Assembly (NCBI GenBank): GCA_965218795.1 | Contig: OZ244653.1 | Coordinates: forward strand, 1,952,001 to 2,016,000 | DNA length: 64,000 nucleotides | Origin: a bacterium | GTDB taxonomy: Bacteria > UBA8248 > JACPRG01 > G963555815 | Direction of reading: 5' to 3' | Part shown: positions 19,654 through 29,432 of the stretch, piece by piece | How positions within the stretch are numbered: the stretch's first letter is position 1 | Layout of the letters: each line of letters opens with the position of its first letter | Translations under genes and position numbers: made by a program | The notes under the pieces: generated by a model | Databases searched by the model: none | What the model was told of the DNA's origin: nothing | Seen by the model: the letters and a program-made list of their open reading frames with translations, nothing else

Positions 19654-20874
19654 CTACGGCAGGATCATCGTCCGGTCGTAGAGGACATAGGGCGTCGACA
19701 TGGCGTGATCCCGTGCCTTGGTGATCATGGCCCGCGCCTTTTGGCTCATCCGATTCTCGAGAAATGAAGGGAAAAACGACCGCCCGTAGAAATAATCCGG
19801 GTGGACTTCGACGTAGACCCGAAGGCGCTTGGCGCCCCTGGGATTGGGGACGTTGTAATTGAAAACGTGGGTCTTCTGCGGGGCGATTCGCGTGTCGGAC
19901 CGCTCGACCCATCCCTGATGGGTAAACTCGAGAACCCGCTGAATCCGGTCCGTCCGCCGGCTGCCGGTCATCATCTTCCCGTCTTGGTCTTGAAGCTCGA
20001 CCCTGATAAAGACGGCCGGAATCATATAAGTGGGGAACATGTGCCCCGCGCCGGAATTGGTCAGGCTGATCTTGGCCACGGCGCGTCCGGGGATGGCATC
20101 CCTCCCCCGCGGGATCTCAACGCCCAGCGTCACGGCCCGGGCGGTCATTTCCTTGTCGTGGATCCCCCGCCACAGATGCCTGCGGGACGGCATATGGCAG
20201 TCCTGGCACTGGACGCCCAGCTTGGCGTAGGGACCCGCTTTCCACTCGGCGTAGGTATTCTCGATGGGCTTTCCGTTGATCGCGGTGGAGGGGGGATGTT
20301 GGTGGCACTCGCTGCAGAATTCAGACCGTTCGAATGCCGTTGTGCGCGTCACGCCTCCGTGGGGGGCCTTTTCGACGCTCGGGCCCAGGGGCTTCCCGGC
20401 CTTGGGCGGACCGAAACGCTCGTGCTGCCTCACGTGACAGGCGGCGCAGATCAGACCCTTCGAATCCAGGCCTTTCACAAAGTCCTTGTTTTTGACAATC
20501 GAACCGGATCGCGTGAACAGATAGGGCTGTTGCTCGACCAGCGGCGCGTGACATGAAACGCAATCCCGCGCCCCGGCAGGATTGTCCGCCCACTGACCGA
20601 TCACGCCGGGACCCATTGCTTTGGCGTGGAGCGTCGTTTTCCAATCGTTGAACTGGACGGGATGACAGGTCCCGCAGTCCTTGGGGTCCAGCGAGGCTTC
20701 CAGCGGAGAAAAACTTCTGGGCGGTTGACCGTTAGGCGCGAAGGGGAAACGCCAGTGCTTCGTGACGAATTCTCCAATCCCCTTTGCGGATTCCCGGGAA
20801 AACGTAACCGTGCCGAATAAGACGCCGGCGGTGACCATCACGATAAGAATCTTAAGCCGCACCATGTCTCCCAC
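19654..20874 (-). CDS. Multiheme c-type cytochrome (5 CxxCH)
   Basis: CGTCH, CVSCH, CAACH, CSECH, CQDCH; N-terminal hydrophobic segment; NSGAGHMFPT. Confidence 0.9.
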   Translation of the reverse strand: MGDMVRLKILIVMVTAGVLFGTVTFSRESAKGIGEFVTKHWRFPFAPNGQPPRSFSPLEASLDPKDCGTCHPVQFNDWKTTLHAKAMGPGVIGQWADNPAGARDCVSCHAPLVEQQPYLFTRSGSIVKNKDFVKGLDSKGLICAACHVRQHERFGPPKAGKPLGPSVEKAPHGGVTRTTAFERSEFCSECHQHPPSTAINGKPIENTYAEWKAGPYAKLGVQCQDCHMPSRRHLWRGIHDKEMTARAVTLGVEIPRGRDAIPGRAVAKISLTNSGAGHMFPTYMIPAVFIRVELQDQDGKMMTGSRRTDRIQRVLEFTHQGWVERSDTRIAPQKTHVFNYNVPNPRGAKRLRVYVEVHPDYFYGRSFFPSFLENRMSQKARAMITKARDHAMSTPYVLYDRTMILP

Positions 20875-20895
20875 CGCCCCTTTCGGAGGGAATTG

Positions 20896-20930
20896 AAAAA
20901 CAAAGCCGGGAAGGAATCTCCCTCCTGGCT
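20896..20930 (-). terminator. Rho-independent terminator after the repeat protein gene
   Basis: AGCCAGGAGGGA-GAT-TCCTTCCCGGCT followed by TTGTTTTT on -. Confidence 0.7.
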
Positions 20931-20979
20931 ATTTTCTACCAGATTGAGCCTGCATGCAGCTAGTCGGTCACCAAGAACA

Positions 20980-21315
20980 CTACTTTTTTGCTTTGCAAGG
21001 ATTTGCAGCCTTCATGGCCTTCATAGCCTTCTTGTCCTTCATGGGCATCGCAGCCTTCTTGTCCTTCATGGGCATCACGGCCTTCTTGTCCTTCATGGGC
21101 ATCGCGGCCTTCTTGTCCTTCATGGGCATCGCAGCCTTCTTGTCCTTCATGGGCATCGCGGCCTTCTCGTCCTTCATGGGCATCGCGGCCTTCTTGTCCT
21201 TCATGGGCGCGCAGGGATTTGCAGCCTTCTTCTCGGCGGCGTAGACCACGGAGCCTCCTGCTACAAAGAGAACTGCAACAGCCGCAATCAGGAAACTACT
21301 GAAAAGCTTCTTCAT
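20980..21315 (-). CDS. Secreted low-complexity Met/Lys tandem-repeat protein with two ANPC motifs
   Basis: GAGGAG RBS, signal peptide MKKLFSS...VYA, (MKDKKAAMP)x6-7. Confidence 0.85.
   Translation of the reverse strand: MKKLFSSFLIAAVAVLFVAGGSVVYAAEKKAANPCAPMKDKKAAMPMKDEKAAMPMKDKKAAMPMKDKKAAMPMKDKKAVMPMKDKKAAMPMKDKKAMKAMKAANPCKAKK
21022..21204. repeat. 27-bp coding tandem repeat, ~6.7 copies
   Basis: GCCTTCTTGTCCTTCATGGGCATCGC(A/G) units. Confidence 0.95.
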
Positions 21316-21526
21316 GAACCTTACTCCTCTCAATGGGATCTGAAGCGTTGAAATGGCTGATGACTTCGGACCGGTTCCGACCATCAACCCGAGAAAGAAA
21401 TTTTTTCTTATTCACCGACTTGTCACCGGACTATAACCGACATTCAAGGGGAGAATTTCCAGCTATGCCATTTTTTGGTCGAGATGACATTTAAATGACA
21501 TTTCGTTGACAGAGAACTATATCGAA

Positions 21527-21681
21527 CCATTCTCATCAGCCGTGAAGATCTACTAACATATTGATATTGTTGGATAATAGACATTCTTCCTGCTCTTGTT
21601 TAGAACTTACCTCGCGTAGACCGTAATCAAAATGAAAGCGGATTCGTTAAAACGCCCGCGCATCCAGGCGAGTCCCTGGCG
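21527..21681. repeat. ~155 bp dispersed non-coding element, copy 1
   Basis: 33-bp core CCGTAATCAAAATGAAAGCGGATTCGTTAAAAC identical to 45675-45707; flanks similar. Confidence 0.85.
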
Positions 21682-21804
21682 GTAAGCATTCAGTCACGCG
21701 GTGATGGCGGTCAGGAAAGCACCGGTCCAAACCGACTACGCCGCGCAATATCAACAACTGCCTCCGGCACCAGCGACCATCTCACCCCACGACTGAATGG
21801 TTAC
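21682..21804. mobile_element. 123-bp MITE with IS66-like ends
   Basis: TIR GTAAGCATTCAGTC / GACTGAATGGTTAC; 8-bp target duplication CCCTGGCG. Confidence 0.8.
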
Positions 21805-22099
21805 CCCTGGCGAACCGTTGCACCTTCCTAAAAAAAAGTACGATCCCGCAACAACTCGCTTACGGTTACGCCCCGGCACTGAAATCTTACCGTTGGTCCG
21901 CGCCGGTCAGCCATGGCCGGAAGCTTGCTTACGACGATGGTAACCGTGTTCGCGCGCGTGGCATCGTATCACCCGGAGGGCCGTAGCGAAGCGAAGGAGC
22001 CGCGAAGCGGCTTGACGCGACGCCAAGCGCGGAGTTGCCGGCGGGTGCTCTTATGCGAATCACGCCGCGCACTCGTAGCGGTACGCTTCGCTCGGGGTG

Positions 22100-22253
22100 A
22101 GCCCGCCGAGTGCGGGCGTTCGTCGTTGTAAAGCGCATCCAATTGCCGATGATGCGTTCGGCCTCGCGTCTTGCCATCGCCAGCCAACGCGAAGACAAGC
22201 GCGATACTGCTTCCCATGGCCCCCGCCCCGATGACGGCGACGCGCTGAGGCAA
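22100..22253 (-). pseudogene. 3-hydroxyacyl-CoA dehydrogenase N-terminal fragment fused to an IS3 transposase remnant
   Basis: RVAVIGAGAMGSSIALVFALAG, then EAERIIGNWMRF / YNDERPHSA across a frameshift. Confidence 0.7.
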
Positions 22254-22315
22254 GTCCTGCCCGTCACGGCGATCAGGCGCGGGCCGGAGCCAGTAGGAGC
22301 GGCGAGAGAGGCAGT

Positions 22316-23836
22316 CTAGAGGCCATACCGGGCGAGCTTATCTTTCACGACTTTGACGACTTTGGGATCGGCATTGGCAACGAGCGGGTAATCGTCGAAC
22401 CGCTCGGGAACCTTTATGGTGGCGTCAATACCGAGCTGCTCGGAAACCGGGGTGTTGCCCTGCGGTCCGCGAGGGGCTGAAGGATCGAGGAGCGCCGCGC
22501 CCTTTGTGTTCTGAATGGTATCGGTGAGCGGCTGGACCCTTGTTGCAAGCGCCCACGCCACTTGGTCCATGTCATAGGGGTCGACATCCGGCCCGACTAC
22601 GATCACGTACTTCGCCTGCCGCGCCCACCGCGACATCGAACCCCAAACCGCGTGAATAACGAAGCGCGCGTACTCTTGCTGTGGCTTGTCGGCGCCGTCC
22701 ACCGACAGTTGCAGAACGTAAATGTTTCCCCAACCCAACGGATGGATGGCCAGATCTTGCACATGCGGAAAACGCGGCATTATCTCCGAGAGGATCTCAG
22801 TGGCGATCTGAACGTCGGCAATATACGCGTGGTCGAATGGCGGCATCATCTCGTACGTGAACCACATCATCGTGTCCCTCTTGCGCGTGATGCAGTTCAC
22901 TTTCATGAGCGGCAGACTGAACTCGGGATCGTAGTAGCCGAGAAAGTTTCCGTGAGGTCCGTCATCTTCTTCTTGGTCCAGTAGAATCTCGCCTTCCACG
23001 ACCCAGTCCGACCACGCCGGGATCTCAAGATCCACGGTTTCACATTTGACGAGCTCGATCGGCGCGCCGCGAAGGGCACCGGCGTACGGAACCTCGTAAC
23101 GATCGATCGGAATGGTCATGCCCGCGGTGATCGACAGTGAGGGATCGTTCTGGAACGTGATCGCGACTTCCAGCGGGCGGCCTATCTTTTTCGCCTTTGC
23201 CAGATGGAGTCCAATGTGTGAGATCGGCGGATTCCACCAGACATAGGAAGTCAAGAACCTTCTCTGCAGCTCCTCTGGATAAGGCTTGCCCTCGCGGTCC
23301 ACGTCAAGCATACCGTATCGATACCAACCCATGTTGTAGAGTCCGTTCTCAGGATCCTTTGTGAACGAGAGTCCGCTCGTCAGATAGACTTGTCGTTCAC
23401 CCTGAAACCAGACCTTGGGAAAGTCCCGGCGCAGGTCGATGTCATCGCCCTTGATGATCACTTCTTTGCAGGGCACGTCACCGTGATCCAGCAGCACCCC
23501 ATCAAGCCAGGGCTCGGTGGCGGCCGCCATCGCCTTCAGCCTCGTTTGCTGAGTGGTCTCCTCGCCGAGCACTAGTGCTACACGTTTGCGCGAGCCGAAA
23601 AGGTTGATGATTATCGGCACATCGGGCGTATTCAGCCCAATCGGATTGGTCAGAATGACCGCCGGCCCGTCCGTGTTCTGGAGATGCCGCGTGAGGGCAT
23701 CGAGTTCCGAATTCTCCCGGTCGACGGCCAGCGGCGCATCGATGGTTCGAACCTCGCCGCATTCTTCGAGGCGAGCGAGAAACTCGTGAAAGTCTTTATA
23801 TGCGACCTTGGGACCGTATGAAACCTTTGGAGCCAT
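22316..23836 (-). CDS. UbiD family decarboxylase #3 (variant catalytic motif)
   Basis: DFHEFLARLE, NMGWYR, KCETVDLEIP...VVEGEI, DGPHGNFLGYY, VAWALATR, GIDATIK; GGAGGAGG RBS. Confidence 0.9.
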   Translation of the reverse strand: MAPKVSYGPKVAYKDFHEFLARLEECGEVRTIDAPLAVDRENSELDALTRHLQNTDGPAVILTNPIGLNTPDVPIIINLFGSRKRVALVLGEETTQQTRLKAMAAATEPWLDGVLLDHGDVPCKEVIIKGDDIDLRRDFPKVWFQGERQVYLTSGLSFTKDPENGLYNMGWYRYGMLDVDREGKPYPEELQRRFLTSYVWWNPPISHIGLHLAKAKKIGRPLEVAITFQNDPSLSITAGMTIPIDRYEVPYAGALRGAPIELVKCETVDLEIPAWSDWVVEGEILLDQEEDDGPHGNFLGYYDPEFSLPLMKVNCITRKRDTMMWFTYEMMPPFDHAYIADVQIATEILSEIMPRFPHVQDLAIHPLGWGNIYVLQLSVDGADKPQQEYARFVIHAVWGSMSRWARQAKYVIVVGPDVDPYDMDQVAWALATRVQPLTDTIQNTKGAALLDPSAPRGPQGNTPVSEQLGIDATIKVPERFDDYPLVANADPKVVKVVKDKLARYGL

Positions 23837-23870
23837 CAGGAATCCTCCTCCCCGTTCGTAGTCGGCCTAG

Positions 23871-25040
23871 GGAAACTCTGAATAATAGGCAGAATATTTT
23901 ACAACAGTGATGATTCTACCCTGAGAGGCCATTGATATGCGACAGCCAACGTTTTCAGAGACGGAGTTCGAGAAGTACCGAAAGAAGACGCGGAAGGAAC
24001 AGTTTTGGGAGGAGATGGAAAGAATCATACCGTGGACAGAGCTGACGGAAGCGATAGAGCCATTCTATCCCAAACCGGAGGGTGTGCGGGTGGTCGGCCG
24101 ACAGGGATAGAACGGATGCTGCGTATCCACTTCCTCCAGCACTGGTTCAATCTATCCGATCCTGGGGTAGAGGAAGCCCTGTACGATTCTCGCGCCCTGC
24201 GCCGGTTTGCAGGGATTGACCTGGGGCGGGAACCGGTGCCGGATGAGACCACGGTGTGCAAATTCCGTCACTTGATGGAGAAGCATCATCTGGGTGATGA
24301 GTGGTTCCATCGGGTGAATCAATATCTGAGGGACCATGGGATGCAGGTGAACCGGGCACGATTGTGGATGCCCGTATCATTCACGCGCCCAGTTCCACCC
24401 AGAACAAGAAGAAGCAGCGGGACCCGGATATGCACCAGACCCGCAAGGGCAACCCGTGGTCCTTCGGGATGAAGGCCCATATCCGGGGTGGACAGTCGCA
24501 GCAAGATCATTCACTCCGTGGTGGCGACTGCGGCCAATGTGCACGATTCCTAGGGTATTGGCGGATTTGCTCCACGGTGAGGAGACCCGTGTCTGGGGTG
24601 ATTCAGCTTATGCGGGCCAGAAGAAGGTCTTGGCGCAGGCGGCCCCCAACGCCAGGGACTGGACCCAGACAAAGGGCAGTCGCCATCGAAAACTGACCGA
24701 TGAGGAGCGAGCCAGAAACCGCCACAAGTCCCGCGTTCGCGCCAAGGTGGAGCATCCGTTCGGCTTCACCAAGGTCCGCTACCGAGGGCTTCAGAAAAAT
24801 GCTCATCGTCTGTGGACGGCCTGCGCCCTGAGCAATCTGGTGATGGCCAAAAAGGCGTTATTGCGCAAACCACCGCACCGACTACAGCCAAGTTGCACCT
24901 GAACCAGGGCCATCTGGCCCATCCTTGACGCTTGACACCAAGAAACTTCTTCTCATCGGCGATTACAACGGAAAACTGAAAAACTCAACTGTTCTAACTG
25001 ATTGTGCCATCGACACAATACTCAATTAATCAGATGATCT
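23871..25040 (+). mobile_element. IS5 family element, frameshifted transposase
   Basis: MLRIHFLQHWFNLSDP...PDETT, IVDA, FGMKAH, RAKVEHPF; imperfect TIRs; CTAG on both flanks. Confidence 0.9.
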
Positions 25041-26092
25041 CTAGATCTCCCTTTGCGCACTCTCACAGTCAACTCGCTGCCACCCATCAGACCTTGTGGG
25101 CGGATGATGAGCGCGGCGAGAAGCAGAACTGCGAGCACGACTTGCTGGCTGCCGGCCGGGATCGAGATCTCTTGAGAACCGACCGAGAATCCGTGCTGAA
25201 ACCTGCGCAACCCCTCGATGAGCATCGAAAGCAAGACGGCACCGACGACGGCGCCGCCAAGCGTCCCCGTCCCACCGATGACGAGCATCGCCAGCGTCAA
25301 GATGGTGAGGTCTAGGAAGAATGCCTGAGGACTAATCGAGCCGAGGAGGTGCGCGTACAGGGCGCCAGCGACGGCAGCCATGCCCGCGCTGAGTGCGAAC
25401 GCCAGCCGACGCTCTGCCTGGACGTTAACACCGATCGATTCTGCGGCGATCTCTTCCTCCCTCGAGGCCTGCAGCCGGATCCCGAATCGGGACTCCTGGA
25501 ATAGGTACACCAGCGAGATAAACCCAACAACCCAAGCGAGGGCAGTCCAGAGTGTCGTGTTCAGCGGTGTGACGATGAGCGTGAGCTTGCCGCGGGTTAC
25601 GTCCGCCCACTCGGACAGCACGACATTGATGATCACCAACACCGCGAACGTGCCGATTCCGGCGGCAAGCCCGGAGAGCCTCATCAGCGGCACAGCGACC
25701 AGATACGCAAGGACCATCGCGACCGCGGCGGCAATCAGCGCCGCCGGAAACGTCGGCGTGACGATGGTGGAGATGAGGTCCGGAAGCTGGGGTAGCTGGG
25801 ATGCTTTGACGGGCAGCGGCATCGTCAGGAGAGCCGACACGTAGGCGCCGATGCCCATGAAGCCCACATGGGCAAACGACAAGATCCCCGAGATCCCCAT
25901 GAACATATAGAGGGACAGGACAACGATCAGATTTACCAGCATCACCGTCGCACTCCGCTCGAGCGAAATCCCGCCCAGCGTCGACAACGCCGCTGCACTC
26001 ACCACCACGGCGATCGGCAACACCGCCGCGGGTAGCTCCCCCGGTAGGGTGCCCCACCAGGCCGAATTCAACTGTGGAGGCGACTTACTCAC
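25022..26092 (-). CDS. Branched-chain amino acid ABC permease LivM-like (C-terminus altered by IS5)
   Basis: GILSFAHVGFMGIGAY, SRFG...REEEIAAESIGVN, VIGGTGTLGG. Confidence 0.88.
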   Translation of the reverse strand: MSKSPPQLNSAWWGTLPGELPAAVLPIAVVVSAAALSTLGGISLERSATVMLVNLIVVLSLYMFMGISGILSFAHVGFMGIGAYVSALLTMPLPVKASQLPQLPDLISTIVTPTFPAALIAAAVAMVLAYLVAVPLMRLSGLAAGIGTFAVLVIINVVLSEWADVTRGKLTLIVTPLNTTLWTALAWVVGFISLVYLFQESRFGIRLQASREEEIAAESIGVNVQAERRLAFALSAGMAAVAGALYAHLLGSISPQAFFLDLTILTLAMLVIGGTGTLGGAVVGAVLLSMLIEGLRRFQHGFSVGSQEISIPAGSQQVVLAVLLLAALIIRPQGLMGGSELTVRVRKGRSRDHLIN

Positions 26093-26099
26093 CTGAATA

Positions 26100-27002
26100 T
26101 CACACGCGCGCCACGGTGCCCTTGGCGACAAAGATCCCCTGCGGTCTGAAGAGCAGGACCACGATCACAGCCGCATAGACGAGCGCAGTGCGAAACGGCA
26201 CGATGTCCGCTGGCAGATACGCCTGAAGCATGATGAGCGTGGTGCCGAGGAAATAGCCGCCGAAGGCGGCGCCGGCGAGGCTTCCCATCCCGCCTATAAC
26301 GATCGCGACGAGGCCGATGAGGAGCGGCGCCAGTCCGCTGGTCGGCAGGACACCGCCGAACCTGGCGAGGTAAAGAATCGAGACGACTGCCGCGAGTAGC
26401 CCGCTGAGCGCAAAGGCAGCGCCGATCACCATGTTCGCGCGCACGCCGAGCATTCGAGCCATTAGGAAGTTCTCGGCCGAGGCGCGCATCTCGAGACCGA
26501 GCCTCGACCGTGCGAAGAACAATATCAGACCGACAAGCAACGCGACTGTCGTGATGACGGTGATGATATCTATCTTGCCCGCCTCGAACTCGCCGATAGC
26601 GAAGGACTCGGAGAGCTCTGGCGGAAACACGATCGGCACGAGATTGCCTTGGGGGGTGAGCGCGAGTCGCGCCAGATTCTGGAGTCCGTAGCTGACCGCG
26701 AAGGAAGTAATGAGCAGAGTCGCGGGCGATGCGCCGCGCACGGGGCGAAACGCAACGCGCTCCATGAGAAGCGCGAGCGCCGCCACCGCGAGAAGCGTAA
26801 TCAGCACGACGGCCGGCCACGGAACTCCGGTCGTCTGAAATGTCAGATACGCGAGAACGTAACCCCCAGCCATGATGAGCTCGCCGTGAGCGAAATTGAT
26901 GAGCCGCATGATCCCGAAGATCAGTGCCAGTCCCAACGCAACGAGCGCGAAGAGACCGCCGAGGCTCGCGGCGGTGATAGCATTCTGTATGAAGTAGCTC
27001 AT
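26100..27002 (-). CDS. Branched-chain amino acid ABC permease LivH-like
   Basis: ALGLALIFGIMRLINFAHGE, MRASAEN, IGGMGSLAGA, RPQGIF. Confidence 0.92.
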   Translation of the reverse strand: MSYFIQNAITAASLGGLFALVALGLALIFGIMRLINFAHGELIMAGGYVLAYLTFQTTGVPWPAVVLITLLAVAALALLMERVAFRPVRGASPATLLITSFAVSYGLQNLARLALTPQGNLVPIVFPPELSESFAIGEFEAGKIDIITVITTVALLVGLILFFARSRLGLEMRASAENFLMARMLGVRANMVIGAAFALSGLLAAVVSILYLARFGGVLPTSGLAPLLIGLVAIVIGGMGSLAGAAFGGYFLGTTLIMLQAYLPADIVPFRTALVYAAVIVVLLFRPQGIFVAKGTVARV

Positions 27003-27724
27003 CGGCGCGATGGTGGGCAGACGGCGAGGTAGTAGCGTTCCAAATCGGATGGGTCGGCAATCGTCTCCGCCGCCACTTCGGCGATCACACGACCGGTCTG
27101 CATGACGTAGATTCGGTCCGCCAGTTCGGAGATGCGTCGCGCCTTTTGTTCGGCCAGAAGGAGTGTCATATCTTCCTTTCGCAGCTCCATGAAGGTCTCG
27201 AAGAGGCGCTCTATCACCATGGGAGCCAATCCCAGCGTCGGCTCGTCGAGCAGCAGGATTCGAGGTTTGGACAACAACGCGCGAGCGATCGCGAGCTGCT
27301 GCTGCTCTCCTCCGGAGAGCTTGCCCGCCGGAGTGCGAAAGAGCGGCGGAAGGGACGAGAACAGCGACGCTATCCCGTCGAAGTCAGTTTTGTCAAGGCG
27401 GTTCCGAGGCCTGGTGGTCAATCCAAGTCGGAGGTTCTCTTCAACCGTGAGCGTTTGGAATAGGCCTCGGCCTTCGGGAACGAGGCTGACGCCCTTGCGG
27501 GCGATCTGCTCGGGCTTGAGGTCGACGAGCGAGTGACCATCGAGTAGAATATCGCCCGAATCGGGCTTGAGCGCTCCGGCGATGGTGGCCAGCACCGTCG
27601 ACTTTCCCGCGCCGTTGGCACCCAGAAGGGCGACCGTCTCGCCCTTGCGCACCACGAGAGAGGCCCCACGAACCGCTGCGATTCGGCCGTAGCTGACCGA
27701 GAGGTCCGTGATCTCGAGCATCAA
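26999..27724 (-). CDS. ABC ATPase LivF-like
   Basis: GANGAGKS, VPEGR, LSGGEQQ, LLLDEP. Confidence 0.92.
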   Translation of the reverse strand: MMLEITDLSVSYGRIAAVRGASLVVRKGETVALLGANGAGKSTVLATIAGALKPDSGDILLDGHSLVDLKPEQIARKGVSLVPEGRGLFQTLTVEENLRLGLTTRPRNRLDKTDFDGIASLFSSLPPLFRTPAGKLSGGEQQQLAIARALLSKPRILLLDEPTLGLAPMVIERLFETFMELRKEDMTLLLAEQKARRISELADRIYVMQTGRVIAEVAAETIADPSDLERYYLAVCPPSRR

Positions 27725-28485
27725 GATCCACCCGCACCGAGATATGCTGCGACGACGCGTTCGTCGGCTTGAACCTCCTCCGGCACGCCCACGCAGATGG
27801 TCTTGCCGGCGTCCAGCACCTGGATTCGTTCGCAGAGACCCATCACCACGGTCATGTCATGCTCGATCAGCATCACTCCACATTCCTCTTCGACGCGAAG
27901 TCGATCGACGGTCTTCATCAGTCCCTCGATCTCGACCTCGCTCAGGCCCGCCGCCGGCTCGTCGAGAAGAAGGAACTTCGGGGCGGTGGCGGTCGCCCGC
28001 GCTAAGCTGACGCGGCGCTCTTCACCGAGGGGCAGGGCCGAGGCGAGAAACTCGGCCCGGTGCGCGAGTTCGACACGCTCAAGCGCGGTCCACGCCCGTC
28101 GTCGCGCCTCACGACGGCTGAGACCGACCGCAAGGCCGCTGACCTCGACGTTTCGAAGCACCGAGAGCTGTGGGAAGAGGCGGACGCCCTGAAAGGTGCG
28201 CGCAAGCCCCATTCGCGCAAGCCGATAAGGTGGCAAGCCCCCTATGTCGGCCACGCCCAACTTGACGGTGCCCGTGTGGAGACGCTGAAAACCGCTCAGA
28301 GCGTTCAAAAGTGTGGTCTTCCCCGCACCATTGGGGCCGATCAGGCCTAGGATCTCCCCTCGGCGCAGGCGCAGATCGACCCCGTCCACGGCCCTTACAC
28401 CGCCAAAATGAACGCGGATTCCTGCGCCTGTAAGCGCGTCCGGTGCGTCCTCGCGCCACGTTTTGGAGACGGCCGGGAGATGTCT
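27721..28485 (-). CDS. ABC ATPase LivG-like (5' end hit by IS5)
   Basis: GPNGAGKTT, ARTFQ, LLLDEPAAG, IEHDM, AAYLG. Confidence 0.88.
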   Translation of the reverse strand, partial: RHLPAVSKTWREDAPDALTGAGIRVHFGGVRAVDGVDLRLRRGEILGLIGPNGAGKTTLLNALSGFQRLHTGTVKLGVADIGGLPPYRLARMGLARTFQGVRLFPQLSVLRNVEVSGLAVGLSRREARRRAWTALERVELAHRAEFLASALPLGEERRVSLARATATAPKFLLLDEPAAGLSEVEIEGLMKTVDRLRVEEECGVMLIEHDMTVVMGLCERIQVLDAGKTICVGVPEEVQADERVVAAYLGAGGS

Positions 28486-29362
28486 CAGTATCTGTTTCGG
28501 AATGCATTGAAGCATTTCAAGCACTTGCGATCCTGCGTGTGAGTATCTGTATGCTGGCGATCAGCAGCCAAGCCATGCGACGGCGCGTTCGACGACCCAG
28601 CGTCGAGGCAATGGCACGAAGCCCTTGGCCGTGGTGGAGCGCTTGACGATCTCCAATGTCCAGATGCCGAGCCTGGCCAGCGGGTCAGCGAGTTTCGGCC
28701 CGCCGTAGGCGCCATCGGCAAAGAAGTACCGAAGCCAGGGGAAGGCATATCGGATCGAGGCCAGCACTGCCGGCGTGCCGTCGCGGTCTTGGATGTCGGC
28801 GGCATGGACAACGACGCCGACCAGTAGCCCGCAGGTGTCGGTGATGATGTCACGCTTGCGTCCCTTAATCATCTTGACTGCGTCAAAGCCACGGATACCG
28901 CCGCTTTCCGTCGTTTTCACAGACTGGCTGTCAATCACGCCGGCCGACGGGCTGGCCTCGCGCCCGGCGCTTCCCGCGCCGCCATGAGAAGGTGATGGTT
29001 CATGGCACGCAACGTACCATCGCAGCGCCAAGCGTGAAAGTATCGCTGAACCGTACCGCGTGGACGGAATTCCCTCAGCAGCATCCGCCATTGGCAGCCG
29101 GTGCGGGTCATGTACAGGATCGCGTTCAGCACCTCGTGTAAATCGGTGATGCGCGGTTGCCCTTGTTCTTTGCGGGCGGGAAGCAACGGTTCAGTCAAGA
29201 ACGACTCCTCATCCGTCAGGTCACTTGCGTAGCGAAGCGTCCCCCGGTCATACTGAGCGCAAGTGATTTCAGTCCACATGTTTTATCCCCTCGTATGGTC
29301 GAACAGAAACGAGAGAACCACAACAGACTAAAGTCACTCAACTCTTTTCGTGCCAGACACTT
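28486..29362 (-). mobile_element. IS5 family element (two-ORF/frameshifted transposase)
   Basis: RYASDLTDEE, TGCQWRMLL, IDSQSVKT, ADGAY, RRWVVER; TIRs AGTATCTG / AGTGTCTG. Confidence 0.88.
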
Positions 29363-29432
29363 AGGACCTGCAACGACGTTCACTTACTGCACTTGTCCGA
29401 CGGCTTCGCCGTTCAAGCCGTCGGTTACTCCT

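Noticed and set aside
21022-21204. Regular 27-bp repeats as a CRISPR array
   Set aside because: No spacers, in-frame coding repeat, no cas genes
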